Of a stretch of DNA of 41,648 nt, positions 1-8,584 are shown one piece after another; positions within the stretch are counted from its first letter, which is position 1, and each line of letters opens with the position of its first letter. The notes under the pieces are model-generated. The model worked only from the letters and a program-made list of their open reading frames with translations. It searched no databases and was not told where the DNA came from. A program made the position numbers and the translations under genes. Origin of the DNA: Gemmatimonadales bacterium (GTDB taxonomy: Bacteria > Gemmatimonadota > Gemmatimonadetes > Gemmatimonadales > GWC2-71-9); contig JBBQJU010000002.1 of NCBI GenBank assembly GCA_038326215.1, positions 1-41,648 on the forward strand, given 5' to 3'.

Positions 1-102
1 GAACGGCGAACAGCGAACGGTGAATAGCGAACGGTGAACGGGGCGCCGCCGCTGCCCGGGCGGGCGGGCGCTGTTCGCCGATCGCCAATCGCGGTTCGCT
101 GG
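1..102. repeat. REP family A: hairpin with arms made of tandem heptads (GAACGGC)n / (GCCGTTC)n. It runs off the window start.
   Basis: Six heptads at 1-42 (gaacggc gaacagc gaacggt gaatagc gaacggt gaacggg), then a GC-rich loop, then four inverted heptads at 70-97 (gctgttc gccgatc gccaatc gcggttc). Confidence 0.8.
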
Positions 103-173
103 TGTGACAACCGTCACGGACGCGCACGCCCCGCGCCGCGATCCTCCGGCGGTCCCCCCATCTGGAGTTGCTG

Positions 174-497
174 ATGTTGCCTGAGATCCTGCACCCCGAT
201 ATCACGCCCAGCACGCGCCCGATCGTGTCTGATGTCCTCGAGGATGCCACCGGCCGGTCGTTCACGGTCAGCTTCATGCCGCGTCAGCGGCTCCCCGACC
301 ACAAGAACTCTCATCGCATTGCCATCCTGGCGGTGTCGGGCCGCGGCGTGCTGACGATCGACGGAATCGGTCCGCGCGAGATCGCGACTGGCGACCTCGT
401 GCAACTCGACGCGAATGTGGTCCACGCGGTCGAAGCGCTCGACGAGCCGCTGGAGCTGCAGGTCATCCTCCGCCCGAACTGCTGCGGGACCTGCTGA
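174..497 (+). CDS. cupin domain protein
   Basis: The ORF track gives 168..497 starting at TTG. ATG at 174 follows GGAG at 164-167. The sequence is cupin-like (HKNSHRIAILAVSGRGVLTIDG...GDLVQLDANVVHAVEA). The stop TGA shares one nt with the next ATG (TGATG). Confidence 0.75.
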   Translation: MLPEILHPDITPSTRPIVSDVLEDATGRSFTVSFMPRQRLPDHKNSHRIAILAVSGRGVLTIDGIGPREIATGDLVQLDANVVHAVEALDEPLELQVILRPNCCGTC

Positions 498-955
498 TGG
501 ACCGCGTCGTCATCCGCTTCCTGCGGGCGTCACTCGTCTGGCTGGCGCTCGGCGTCTCGCTCGGCGTCGCCATGGCGGTCCACCCCGCCTGGACCCGCTA
601 CCGGCCGGTGCACCTGCATCTGCTGCTGCTCGGCTTCGTCACCATGATGATCGCCGGCGTCGCGTACCACGTCTTCCCGCGCTTCGCCGCGACGCCACTG
701 CACGCGCCGAAACTCCCCGAGGTGCACTTCATCCTCGCCAACGTCGGACTGGTGCTGGTGGCGTGCGGCTTCACCGCGCGCGCCGATGGATCGGCTGTCG
801 GTGTCTGGCTCCTCGGCAGTGGCGGGATGCTCTCCGCCCTCGGCGCCTACCTCCTCGGCTGGAACCTCTGGCGCACCCTCGACCACGCGGCCATCCCGCC
901 GACGCGGCTGGCGCCGGCACGGCCAATGCCCGTCGTCGAGCGGCCCGCGCACTAG
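497..955 (+). CDS. 4-TM membrane protein resembling helices around helix X of heme-copper oxidase subunit I (HxH motif)
   Basis: 152-aa ORF with hydrophobic helices. The motif HLHLLLLGFVTMMIAGVAYHVFPRF parallels the COX1 helix X pattern HFHYV..G......AG.YYWFPK. It is translationally coupled to both neighbours. Confidence 0.7.
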   Translation: MDRVVIRFLRASLVWLALGVSLGVAMAVHPAWTRYRPVHLHLLLLGFVTMMIAGVAYHVFPRFAATPLHAPKLPEVHFILANVGLVLVACGFTARADGSAVGVWLLGSGGMLSALGAYLLGWNLWRTLDHAAIPPTRLAPARPMPVVERPAH

Positions 956-1387
956 ATGTCGCCCCTCTCCCGACGCTTTCTCGCAAGCGCCGCCGCCTTC
1001 CTCGGCAGCGGCCTCGCGTTGGGCCTATGGCTGCTCATCGGCCGCGACCTCCGCGGCGTCTGGCCCGCCCCCTCCCTCGTCTCAGCCCATACCCACCTGC
1101 TCCTCGTCGGGACAATCCTCTCGACTATCCTCGGCACCGCGCTCTGGCTTTTTCCCCGCCCCCTCAAAGGCGATCCACGCGTCCGCGCCTGGCACGGTGA
1201 AGCGGCATACTGGTGTCTTACGGTCGGCACCTTGGCGCGTGCCGTCGGTGAGGTCGCACGCGCGTCAAGCGCGGCCGCTGCCTGGCCCATCGTGACCGTC
1301 ACGGGCGGCGTCCTGCAGCTGGTGGGGATGGGGTGCGGAGTGCTGGCACTGCGGGTCAGAGTGCGGGCATCGGCGGGGATGCCGTAA
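956..1387 (+). CDS. paralogous 4-TM heme-copper-oxidase-subunit-I-like membrane protein
   Basis: 143-aa ORF whose ATG directly follows the upstream TAG. The motif HTHLLLVGTILSTILGTALWLFPR has the same HxH...G...G...FPR pattern as the upstream gene. Confidence 0.7.
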   Translation: MSPLSRRFLASAAAFLGSGLALGLWLLIGRDLRGVWPAPSLVSAHTHLLLVGTILSTILGTALWLFPRPLKGDPRVRAWHGEAAYWCLTVGTLARAVGEVARASSAAAAWPIVTVTGGVLQLVGMGCGVLALRVRVRASAGMP

Positions 1388-1421
1388 CGGCGAACGGCGA
1401 ACAGCGAACGCTGAACGGTGA
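1385..1421. repeat. REP family A single arm (five GAACGGC-type heptads)
   Basis: Heptads taacggc gaacggc gaacagc gaacgct gaacggt. The first heptad contains the TAA stop of the upstream gene. Confidence 0.75.
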
Positions 1422-1563
1422 TCTGGGGCGCGGCGGCGGGGTCGCTGACGCGAGGACCGTCCAGTCGCTCGCCGGGAGCGGAGGTGTCCCACTCGCGGTG
1501 CGCCGTCGGCGTGCGACGTCGGACCGCAGCGTCAGGGAGCCCCGCGCCGCGCGACTATGCATT

Positions 1564-1659
1564 GGGGTCCCGAGTGTCTCTACTCCGGAGGCCCCGCCGC
1601 CCCGCCGCCCTACGGGGGCGGGGAGACCTACGGGGGCGGGGCGAGTACCGAGGGCGGGG
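1564..1659 (+). repeat. REP family B copy (GGACCGAGTGTCTCTACTCCGGAG + CCCCGCC...GGCGGGG hairpin module), with extra GGGCGGGG boxes
   Basis: The sequence ggggtcccgagtgtctctactccggaggccccgccgc...gggggcgggg matches copies at 7465-7524, 28140-28277 (reverse orientation) and 28297-28352. Confidence 0.8.
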
Positions 1660-1679
1660 CTGGAGGTTATCGTTCCGGG

Positions 1680-2375
1680 ATGGCCTCCCCCGCCGACATC
1701 CTTCGTGGCATCCCCTTCTTCGCCGACATCCCCGAGCCCGTGCTCGAACGCCTCGCGTCGCGCTGCGTGCCGCGCACCGTCGGCGACGGCTTCACCCTCT
1801 TCCGGAGCGGCGACCGCTGCAGCGGGCTCTATCTGGTGCTCGAGGGTCAGGTGCGTGTCTATCGGACGGCGACCGACGGCCGCGAGCAGACGCTCTCGCT
1901 CGAAGGCGCGGGTCGCCCCGTCGCCGAATTGCCGCTCTTCGATGGCGGACCCTACCCCGCTTCCGCCGTGACCGTCCGACCATCACGACTCGCCTTCCTC
2001 CCGCGCGCCGAATTCGAGCACGCCTTCCAGACCGACCCCGATGTGGCAACGGCCGTCGTCCGCGCCCTCGGCGGGCGACTTCGCCATCTCGTGCAGCTGG
2101 TGGAGACGCTCGCCTTCCGCGATGTGGCCGCTCGGCTCGCCATGCTGCTCGCCGACCAGGCCGACCAGCGCGGCACGCGCAGCGGCGAGCGCATCCAGCT
2201 CGAGCTGGAACAGACGCAGGAACAACTCGCCAGCGCGATTGGGACGGCACGCGAATCCGTCTCCCGTGCCATGAAGCAACTCAAGGCGAAGGGGATGATC
2301 CTGTCACAGGAAGGGAGCCAGTTGGAGCTCGTCCCGTCGGCGAGGTTGCGAGAGTATGCCCGAGGCGAGGAGTGA
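1680..2375 (+). CDS. Crp/Fnr family transcriptional regulator
   Basis: It has a cNMP-binding-like N-terminus (IPFFADIPEPVLERLASRC...LFRSGD...LYLVLEGQVRVY) and a C-terminal HTH (QEQLASAIGTARESVSRAMKQL). The ORF track start at 1557 runs through REP B, so I use the internal ATG at 1680. Confidence 0.85.
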   Translation: MASPADILRGIPFFADIPEPVLERLASRCVPRTVGDGFTLFRSGDRCSGLYLVLEGQVRVYRTATDGREQTLSLEGAGRPVAELPLFDGGPYPASAVTVRPSRLAFLPRAEFEHAFQTDPDVATAVVRALGGRLRHLVQLVETLAFRDVAARLAMLLADQADQRGTRSGERIQLELEQTQEQLASAIGTARESVSRAMKQLKAKGMILSQEGSQLELVPSARLREYARGEE

Positions 2376-2421
2376 GACATCCGTCACGGCGCGGGGTGCG
2401 GCCAGCGCGCAGATTGCCAGC

Positions 2422-2952
2422 ATGACCTCGCCGTACGGCAACACCCTTCCCGAGTTCGATCCGGCGACGATCGTCGACCTCGATGTGCGCGACGAGCTCG
2501 CCGCCGGACGGGAGCCGCTGCCGCAGATTCTTGCGGTCGCCGAGCGACTGGGGCACGGTCAGGTCCTGCACCTCCGCTCTCCCTTCCGCCCGTCGCCACT
2601 CGCTGCCCGCCTTGGCCACCTCGGCTTCGCCTCGCACTCCTTCTGCTTCGGCGATGACGACTGGTCGACCTGGTTCTGGAAGGCGGACGTGCCGACGCAC
2701 CTGCCCCAGATCGTCGCGCCTGTGGCACCAGCGCCGATCGGCGTGCTCGACCTGCGTTTGTTGCCGCCCCCCGAGCCCCTGCTGGTCATCTTGCAGCGCG
2801 TCGAGACGAGCAGCGAAGCGTTTGATGTGCTGCTGCCGTTCTTCCCCGAGCCACTCGTCGCGCTGCTTGAACCGGCAGGACGCCGCGTGACGCTGGTGGA
2901 GGACCGCCCCGATGGCGTGCAGGTGCGGATTGAAGCAGGCGCTCCACGCTGA
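2422..2952 (+). CDS. DUF2249-type protein with two tandem DUF2249/TusA-like repeats
   Basis: There are two halves with the pattern LD(V/L)R...P.P...I......L....VL.L....P.PL (DLDVRDELAAGREPLPQIL...; VLDLRLLPPPEPLLVIL...). ATG at 2422 avoids an overlap with crp. Confidence 0.65.
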   Translation: MTSPYGNTLPEFDPATIVDLDVRDELAAGREPLPQILAVAERLGHGQVLHLRSPFRPSPLAARLGHLGFASHSFCFGDDDWSTWFWKADVPTHLPQIVAPVAPAPIGVLDLRLLPPPEPLLVILQRVETSSEAFDVLLPFFPEPLVALLEPAGRRVTLVEDRPDGVQVRIEAGAPR

Positions 2953-3015
2953 GTCCAGCCTGCGGGGTCGTTGCACCGTACCTTTGACGGACCCCATCAG
3001 TCGGAGCCCCACTCG

Positions 3016-3975
3016 ATGCCTGTCCGGATGTCGCTCGTCGCGATGCTGCTCGCTCTGGTCGGTGGCGCGGTCACCCAGGCAGCGGGCCAGTCCCTCGCGC
3101 CCCGCCGCTTCACGGCTACCTCGCCATGCACCGCCGCGCAGAAGACCGCCGGCTGCTTCATCGTGCTCGGCTCCGGGATGCCGGTGCCGGATCCCGACCG
3201 GTCGGGCCCTGCCTACGCGCTGGTTGTCGGCGATCGCACCTTTCTCTTCGACGCCGGCGCCGGGGTGATGCGGCGGGTTGCGGCGGCCGGACTCCCGATC
3301 GATGGCGTCACCGCCGCGTTCCTGACGCACCTGCACAGTGACCACACCCTCGGCCTCCCCGATCTCCTCCTCACGACCTGGACGATGGGACGACGCGGTC
3401 CATTCCCGTTGGTCGGTCCGCCGGGGACCAAGGCGATGGTCGATCATCTCCTCGCCGCGTGGCAGGAGGACATCACGGCACGGATCGATGGTCTCGAGCA
3501 GGGCCAGCCTGCCGGACCGGGCGTGGCCGTGCGCGAGGTGACGGGCGGTGTAGTCTACGACAGCGGTGGCGTCCGCATCGAGGCGGTGCCAGTATCGCAC
3601 GGATCATTCGCGGTCGCGTTCGGCTATCGGATCCAGCTGCCGACGCGCACCATCGTGATCTCGGGCGACACCGGACCGGGCGACGCGTTGCTCGCGGCGG
3701 CACGCGGCGCCGACCTGCTGGTGCACGAGAGCTACCCCGCCGTGCGCCTCAAGACCGAGGCGCGCCCCGGCGGCGATTCATGGCCGGCCTACATGCATAG
3801 CGTGCATACGAGCGATGTCGAAGTGGGGCAACTCGCGACACGCGCCGGCGTGCGTCAGGTGGTACTGACGCATATCGTGCGGATGGGTGGGACCGACGCC
3901 GAACTCCTGGCCGGTGTACGGCGCGGCGGCTTCCGCGGACCGGTGCGAATCGCGCGGGACTTGGTGGCCTACTAG
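3016..3975 (+). CDS. MBL-fold metallo-hydrolase with signal peptide
   Basis: It has the HxHxDH motif (THLHSDHTLG) and an N-terminal hydrophobic signal (MPVRMSLVAMLLALVGGAVTQAAG). ATG at 3016 is inside the ORF track entry 2971..3975. Confidence 0.85.
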   Translation: MPVRMSLVAMLLALVGGAVTQAAGQSLAPRRFTATSPCTAAQKTAGCFIVLGSGMPVPDPDRSGPAYALVVGDRTFLFDAGAGVMRRVAAAGLPIDGVTAAFLTHLHSDHTLGLPDLLLTTWTMGRRGPFPLVGPPGTKAMVDHLLAAWQEDITARIDGLEQGQPAGPGVAVREVTGGVVYDSGGVRIEAVPVSHGSFAVAFGYRIQLPTRTIVISGDTGPGDALLAAARGADLLVHESYPAVRLKTEARPGGDSWPAYMHSVHTSDVEVGQLATRAGVRQVVLTHIVRMGGTDAELLAGVRRGGFRGPVRIARDLVAY

Positions 3976-4658
3976 ACCACCGCCCCAAACAGCCGCCCCA
4001 CCAGCGCCGTCACGCCCATCGCCACCGCGCCCCAAAACGCCACACGGACCGCGCCACGGACCAGCGATGCGCCACCAAGTTGCGCGGCCACGGCCCCGAG
4101 CCCAACTAGCAGCACGATGGTGACCCCCACCACGCCGAGCGAGAGACTGCTCGTCGGCAGCACCGCGGCCAGGATGGCCGGCGGGGCGGCCCCGACCGCG
4201 AAGGCCGCCGCCGAGGCGACGGCGGCCTGGATGGGGCGTGCCATCGTGTGCCCGTGGATGCCGAGTTCGTCGCGCGCGTGCGCCCCGAGGGCATCATGCG
4301 CCGTCAATTGCTGCGCAACCTGGGCCGCGAGTTCGCCCGTCAGACCACGCCCGACATAGATCCCGGTGAGTTCCGCGAGCTCGTGCTCCGGGTCGGTGGC
4401 GAGTTCGCCGCGTTCTCGTTCGAAGTCGGCCGACTCGGTGTCGGCCTGCGAGGAGACCGAGACATACTCGCCGGCAGCCATCGACAATGCCCCAGCCGCG
4501 AGCCCTGCGACGGCGGCCACGAGGATGGCCGCACGGTCGGGCGCGGCGGCAGCCACGCCGACCACGAGCGAGGAGGTGGAGATGAGCCCGTCGTTGGCCC
4601 CGAGGACGGCCGCGCGGAGCCAGCCGATCCGATCACTGCGATGACGTTCGATGTGCAT
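3972..4658 (-). CDS. VIT1/CCC1 family iron/manganese transporter
   Basis: The N-terminus WLRAAVLGANDGLISTSSLVVGVAAA and the C-terminal TM helices fit the VIT family. AGGAG lies upstream of ATG at 4658. Confidence 0.85.
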   Translation of the reverse strand: MHIERHRSDRIGWLRAAVLGANDGLISTSSLVVGVAAAAPDRAAILVAAVAGLAAGALSMAAGEYVSVSSQADTESADFERERGELATDPEHELAELTGIYVGRGLTGELAAQVAQQLTAHDALGAHARDELGIHGHTMARPIQAAVASAAAFAVGAAPPAILAAVLPTSSLSLGVVGVTIVLLVGLGAVAAQLGGASLVRGAVRVAFWGAVAMGVTALVGRLFGAVV

Positions 4659-4688
4659 CTGGTGCTCCTGGACTGAACGGCCGCGGAC

Positions 4689-5597
4689 TCAGCGGGAACG
4701 CGTCATTCGGAAGTGGGTGACTTCAGGCCGAGCATTGAATCGGGCCCGGATGAGATAGCCGACACCACGATTGATATACAGCCGTCGTTCGCCAGCCACC
4801 GCGATCTCGCCGGACGTGTAGCGCGGATTGTCGACCGGCAAGATCGGCGGCGGCAGGAACGGCGGCTTGCACTGCCCACCGTGCGTGTGGCCCGCAAGGA
4901 TCCACCCCTGATAGCCACTCCAGATCGGTCGATCCGCGCCATCAGGATTGTGACAGAGCACCAGCCTCGGCGCGTCGGACGCGGCCAGCAATGCCGGCGG
5001 CGGCGTGAAGAACGGCCCCCACAGATCCTCGAGTCCGACAATCGTGAGCCCTTCGACCACGGCCACCTCGTTGCGCAGGATCTGCACCCCGCTTGTTTCG
5101 GCGCGCCGCGCAATCGCGTCGGCCACCTCCGGCATCCGCCACTTGGTGCCGTAGTCGTGATTGCCGAGGATGCCGATCGTCGCGAGGCGGCCGTGCGGAA
5201 AGCGCGGCATCAGCCGCTCAAACGATTGCAACTGCGTGGCAGGACGATAACTGATCCAGTCGCCAGTCATCACCACGATATCCGGACGCAAGGCATCAAC
5301 GGTCGCGAAGGTGTCGGCGATGTAGCGGTCATCGACGCGCGGACCCATGTGCAGATCGCTCAGCTGCACCAGTGATTTGCCCTCGAGTGCGTCGGGCAGC
5401 CCGCGAATCGGGAGGTCACGCTCGACGACTTCGAGCCACTCGGGTTCCCAGCCGATGGCATACGCGAGGGCGCCGAGGCCGGTGGCGGTCGTGATGCCCG
5501 CCGCGCGCAATAGCAGCTGGCGGCGGGTCAGCCGCCGCGCATCGAGGTGCGCGGCTGGAGTGGGATCATCGATCATCGATGATCGATCATCGTTCAT
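4689..5597 (-). CDS. metallophosphoesterase with Tat-like signal
   Basis: Motifs LSDLHMGP, GDW, GNHD and GHTHGGQ are present, with a twin-arginine leader (RRLTRRQLLLRAAG). The first codons are encoded by heptad repeats, so the start could be the second Met. Confidence 0.85.
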   Translation of the reverse strand: MNDDRSSMIDDPTPAAHLDARRLTRRQLLLRAAGITTATGLGALAYAIGWEPEWLEVVERDLPIRGLPDALEGKSLVQLSDLHMGPRVDDRYIADTFATVDALRPDIVVMTGDWISYRPATQLQSFERLMPRFPHGRLATIGILGNHDYGTKWRMPEVADAIARRAETSGVQILRNEVAVVEGLTIVGLEDLWGPFFTPPPALLAASDAPRLVLCHNPDGADRPIWSGYQGWILAGHTHGGQCKPPFLPPPILPVDNPRYTSGEIAVAGERRLYINRGVGYLIRARFNARPEVTHFRMTRSR

Positions 5598-5605
5598 CGT
5601 TCACC
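5564..5605. repeat. heptad array (GATCATC/GTTCATC variant of family A) spanning a gene junction
   Basis: Six consecutive heptads (gatcatc gatcatc gatgatc gatcatc gttcatc gttcacc). They contain the ATG of the phosphoesterase (5595-5597) and the stop of the nagB-like gene (5601-5603). Confidence 0.7.
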
Positions 5606-7448
5606 CGACCACGTAGGCTTCCATCGCGAAGTACTCGGCCAGCCCCAACTGGTTGATCAGCTCGGCGGTGCCCTTGTTCCGAGACTCGACCCGCTGCCAG
5701 AACTCGCGATCATCCTGACCGGGGAATGGTGCCGAGTCCTTCTGCGACTGGTGCTTGAAGATCGCCTGGATTTTGAGCTTCAACTCCTCCTGCGCCAGTG
5801 GCACCAGCCACGTCGCCTCGGTGACCGGCCACTCCTGCCACGCGCCACGATAGAGCCAGACCTCGGGCATGATGCCGGCTGGCTTCACCTCGTCGAGCGC
5901 CAATTCGATCGCGTCCTTGCACAGCCGGTGCGTGCCGTGCGGATCGGAGAGGTCGCCGGCGACGAGGACCAGATCGGGGTTCACTTCCTCAAGCAGCGCC
6001 CGGATGATCGCGACGTCGCGCGGGCCGATCGGATCTTTCTTCACCTTGCCGGTCTGGTAGAATGGCAGGTTGAGGAAACGTGCATTGTGGCGCGAGAGGC
6101 CGAGGGTCTCGATGCCGCTGACCGCCTCGCCTTCGCGGATGACGCGCTTGAGGTCCTGGACTTCAGTGGAATCGACCTCGCCCGGTGCCTTCGCCTCGAT
6201 GGCGGCACGGACCCGTGTCGCGAGGGAGTCCACCGCACGCCGGCCGAGGTGTGCATCACTCGCGAGGCGCTCGATGACCTCGACGTAGCGCAGCGCGTCA
6301 TGATCGAAGACGGCGATGTTGCCGCTGGTCATGTAGGCGACGAGGATCGTGTTCTCGTTGAGGATCAGCTTCCGCAGGATGCCGCCCGCCGAGATGACAT
6401 CGTCATCCGGATGGGGCGAGAAGCAGATGATCGTCTTTCCTTTCGGCAGCTTCGAGCGGCCACGGATCTTGGCACCCAGCGCATTGAAGGCCTCGCCATT
6501 CACTGCCCCTGCCTCGCCGTGCCGCGCGACGAGCGGCGAAAGGTGATGCTCGGCGTAGTCGGTCTCGGTGAGCTTGAGGATCGCCTTCCCCGCGGTCTGC
6601 GAGAGCCAGGTCACGGCACGCAGCTCGAGGTCGGGGGTCCACTGCACTTCATCGAGGAGCCACGGCGTCGCGATCCGCGTCAGGTCGGCGGAGGCCGCCG
6701 CATCGCAGTAGACCACGGTTTTCGGGTGCCGCTGCAGGAAGGTCGCGGCCACGTGGTGGTCGACCTCGCCCTCGATCGCGCGGCGGAGGATGCCCGATTT
6801 GTGCTCACCGGTGGCGAGGAGGAGAATTTCCCGCGCCTCGAGAATCGTGGCGACACCCATGGTGATCGCCTGGCGCGGGACGTTACGTTCGCCGAAGAAG
6901 TCGGCCGCGGCATCGCGCCGGGTCACCGCGTCGAGCGTGACGAGTCGGGTACGCGAATCATCGCCCGAACCGGGCTCGTTGAAGCCGATGTGGCCGGTCT
7001 TGCCGATACCGAGGAGCTGAAGGTCGATCCCGCCGGCGTCCCGGATCTGCTGTTCGTATGCGGCGCACACCGCCTCGACCTGTTCCCGCGCTACCGACCC
7101 CGGCGGGACATGACACTTCGCCGGGTCGAGATCGACCAGGTCGAAGAGATGTTCGCGCATGAAGCGGTGGTAGGAGTGGAGCGAGTCCGGCGCCATCGGC
7201 CAGTACTCGTCGAGGTTAAAGGTCTCGACGCTCTGGAACGAGAGCCCCTCCTCGCGGTGGAGCCGGACCAGCTCGGCGTAGACCCCGACCGGCGTCGAGC
7301 CGGTGGCGAGTCCGAGGACGGTCCGCTCCCCGCGGGCAGCGCGACTCCGGATCAGGTCGCTGATGCGGCGCGCGGCGGCGCGCGCCAAGGCTTCCGGCGG
7401 ATCGAGGATCTCGACCGGAAGGCGTTCGAGGCGTGTGAGGGAGGCCAT
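5601..7448 (-). CDS. nagB: glucosamine-6-phosphate deaminase (NagB-like) fused to a PIG-L/LmbE-type deacetylase domain
   Basis: The N-terminal half carries LGLATGSTP and GIGKTGHIGFNEPGS. The C-terminal half carries SPHPDDDVISAGG and DPHGTH. ATG at 7448 was chosen because the longer ORF track start at 7559 runs through REP B. Confidence 0.85.
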   Translation of the reverse strand: MASLTRLERLPVEILDPPEALARAAARRISDLIRSRAARGERTVLGLATGSTPVGVYAELVRLHREEGLSFQSVETFNLDEYWPMAPDSLHSYHRFMREHLFDLVDLDPAKCHVPPGSVAREQVEAVCAAYEQQIRDAGGIDLQLLGIGKTGHIGFNEPGSGDDSRTRLVTLDAVTRRDAAADFFGERNVPRQAITMGVATILEAREILLLATGEHKSGILRRAIEGEVDHHVAATFLQRHPKTVVYCDAAASADLTRIATPWLLDEVQWTPDLELRAVTWLSQTAGKAILKLTETDYAEHHLSPLVARHGEAGAVNGEAFNALGAKIRGRSKLPKGKTIICFSPHPDDDVISAGGILRKLILNENTILVAYMTSGNIAVFDHDALRYVEVIERLASDAHLGRRAVDSLATRVRAAIEAKAPGEVDSTEVQDLKRVIREGEAVSGIETLGLSRHNARFLNLPFYQTGKVKKDPIGPRDVAIIRALLEEVNPDLVLVAGDLSDPHGTHRLCKDAIELALDEVKPAGIMPEVWLYRGAWQEWPVTEATWLVPLAQEELKLKIQAIFKHQSQKDSAPFPGQDDREFWQRVESRNKGTAELINQLGLAEYFAMEAYVVG

Positions 7449-7464
7449 CCCGGAAGGTAGCATA

Positions 7465-7524
7465 CCCCGCCCTCCGGCGAAGCCGGAGCGGCGGGGTCTC
7501 CGGAGTAGATACACTCGGTCCCCC
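7465..7524 (-). repeat. REP family B copy (reverse orientation) in a divergent intergenic region
   Basis: The sequence is ccccgccctccggcgaagccggagcggcggggtctccggagtagatacactcggtccccc. Its reverse complement matches the 1564 copy module for module. Confidence 0.8.
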
Positions 7525-7610
7525 AACCGTCGGCCCCCGGAAACATGTGGGCCGTTCACCGCTTAGGGTACATTGGTTTCGGTGGTTCCCACGACTGCCA
7601 GAGAGGATTC

Positions 7611-8576
7611 ATGCAGCAGCCTCCGTTGTCCGAAGAACAGCTCGCCGACGTCCAGGCCCTGCCCCCGGTGCTCCGGGCGCTGCTGGACGCGGAGCTGGCG
7701 GCCGGCAATCGGATCATCGAGGTTGGTCACTCGTTCCCCGCGCCACCGATCGGGGCCTACCTGACCCTGGCCCGACCGGTGTCAACGCGCCCTCGAGCCA
7801 GCGGCGATGGTCTGGATTTTCGAGAGCGCCGCAGCGCAGCCTGCTGCGGCGAATTTACCGACGCCGGCCGCCGGTATTTCCTGCTGGAGACGCCGTTGGC
7901 ACCGCCCGAGACGCCTGACATGGACACGATGCGCGCCGGGCTCGACGCCACCTCGCCGCGTGCGCGCTTCACCGCCAGTCTCGCCATCGACTACGAGCGA
8001 TGGCACGAAGGCACGAGCTACGACCTCGATGCGCTCGATGCGATGTCGCCCGATGACCGGGCCCATGCCGAGTTGCAGGTCGCATCCCTGGGCGACTGGC
8101 GCGATGTCGAGGCCCTGGCCCACCTCGACACGCCCCGTGGTCGGCAGCAGCTCGCCGCAGCGGCACGTGACGGCAGCATCGTGATCCGTATGGCGGTGCT
8201 CCGCTTCGCGCCGACGTTGGTTGACGACCCGACACGCACCGACTCGCTGGTCCGCGCGATCGGCGAGATGGCACCGTTCGCGGGGCTCACCGAGACACTG
8301 GACCAAGCCGAGGCATTCCACCCACCCGCCATCGAACAGGCGCTCTTGCGCGCCGCACGCTACGGCGGGGGCGACGTGGCCTATCACGCCGCTGCGTCGT
8401 TGCTCGCGCTGCACGGCATCATCACCTCACGCCTCGACTGGGCGCACCGCCCGTTGTTGCTGCAACTGAACACCGACGTCGACGCCGACCGCGCGCGTGC
8501 CTGGCGGGCGGTCTGCCAGCTCCTGGACATCGACGCGGCGGCGGCACAACAATCGTTGCTTGAGCCGCGATCCTGA
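7611..8576 (+). CDS. hypothetical protein
   Basis: ATG at 7611 is preceded by gagagga. The amino-acid composition is ordinary. I recognise no family. Confidence 0.6.
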   Translation: MQQPPLSEEQLADVQALPPVLRALLDAELAAGNRIIEVGHSFPAPPIGAYLTLARPVSTRPRASGDGLDFRERRSAACCGEFTDAGRRYFLLETPLAPPETPDMDTMRAGLDATSPRARFTASLAIDYERWHEGTSYDLDALDAMSPDDRAHAELQVASLGDWRDVEALAHLDTPRGRQQLAAAARDGSIVIRMAVLRFAPTLVDDPTRTDSLVRAIGEMAPFAGLTETLDQAEAFHPPAIEQALLRAARYGGGDVAYHAAASLLALHGIITSRLDWAHRPLLLQLNTDVDADRARAWRAVCQLLDIDAAAAQQSLLEPRS

Positions 8577-8584
8577 CCAGCGCG

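Noticed and set aside
1557-1679. N-terminal extensions offered by the ORF track: Crp from 1557, NagB to 7559, MFS to 20504, MOSC to 18871, the beta-propeller to 31367, the 841-aa protein to 33793, the RR to 33749 and the 37845 gene to 38807.
   Set aside because: The extensions run through REP elements or are R/P/G-rich. Internal ATG or GTG codons with an RBS or a 4-nt overlap to the upstream gene give sensible signal peptides or domain starts.
5751-7460. 569-aa plus-strand ORF. Similar long ORFs are 2281-3600(-), 11876-13129(-), 19078-20127(+), 19698-20927(+), 38275-39597(-), 39111-40154(-) and 34007-35341(-).
   Set aside because: Each lies opposite or out of frame to a gene with clear family motifs. 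All have strongly biased R/P/A/G content.
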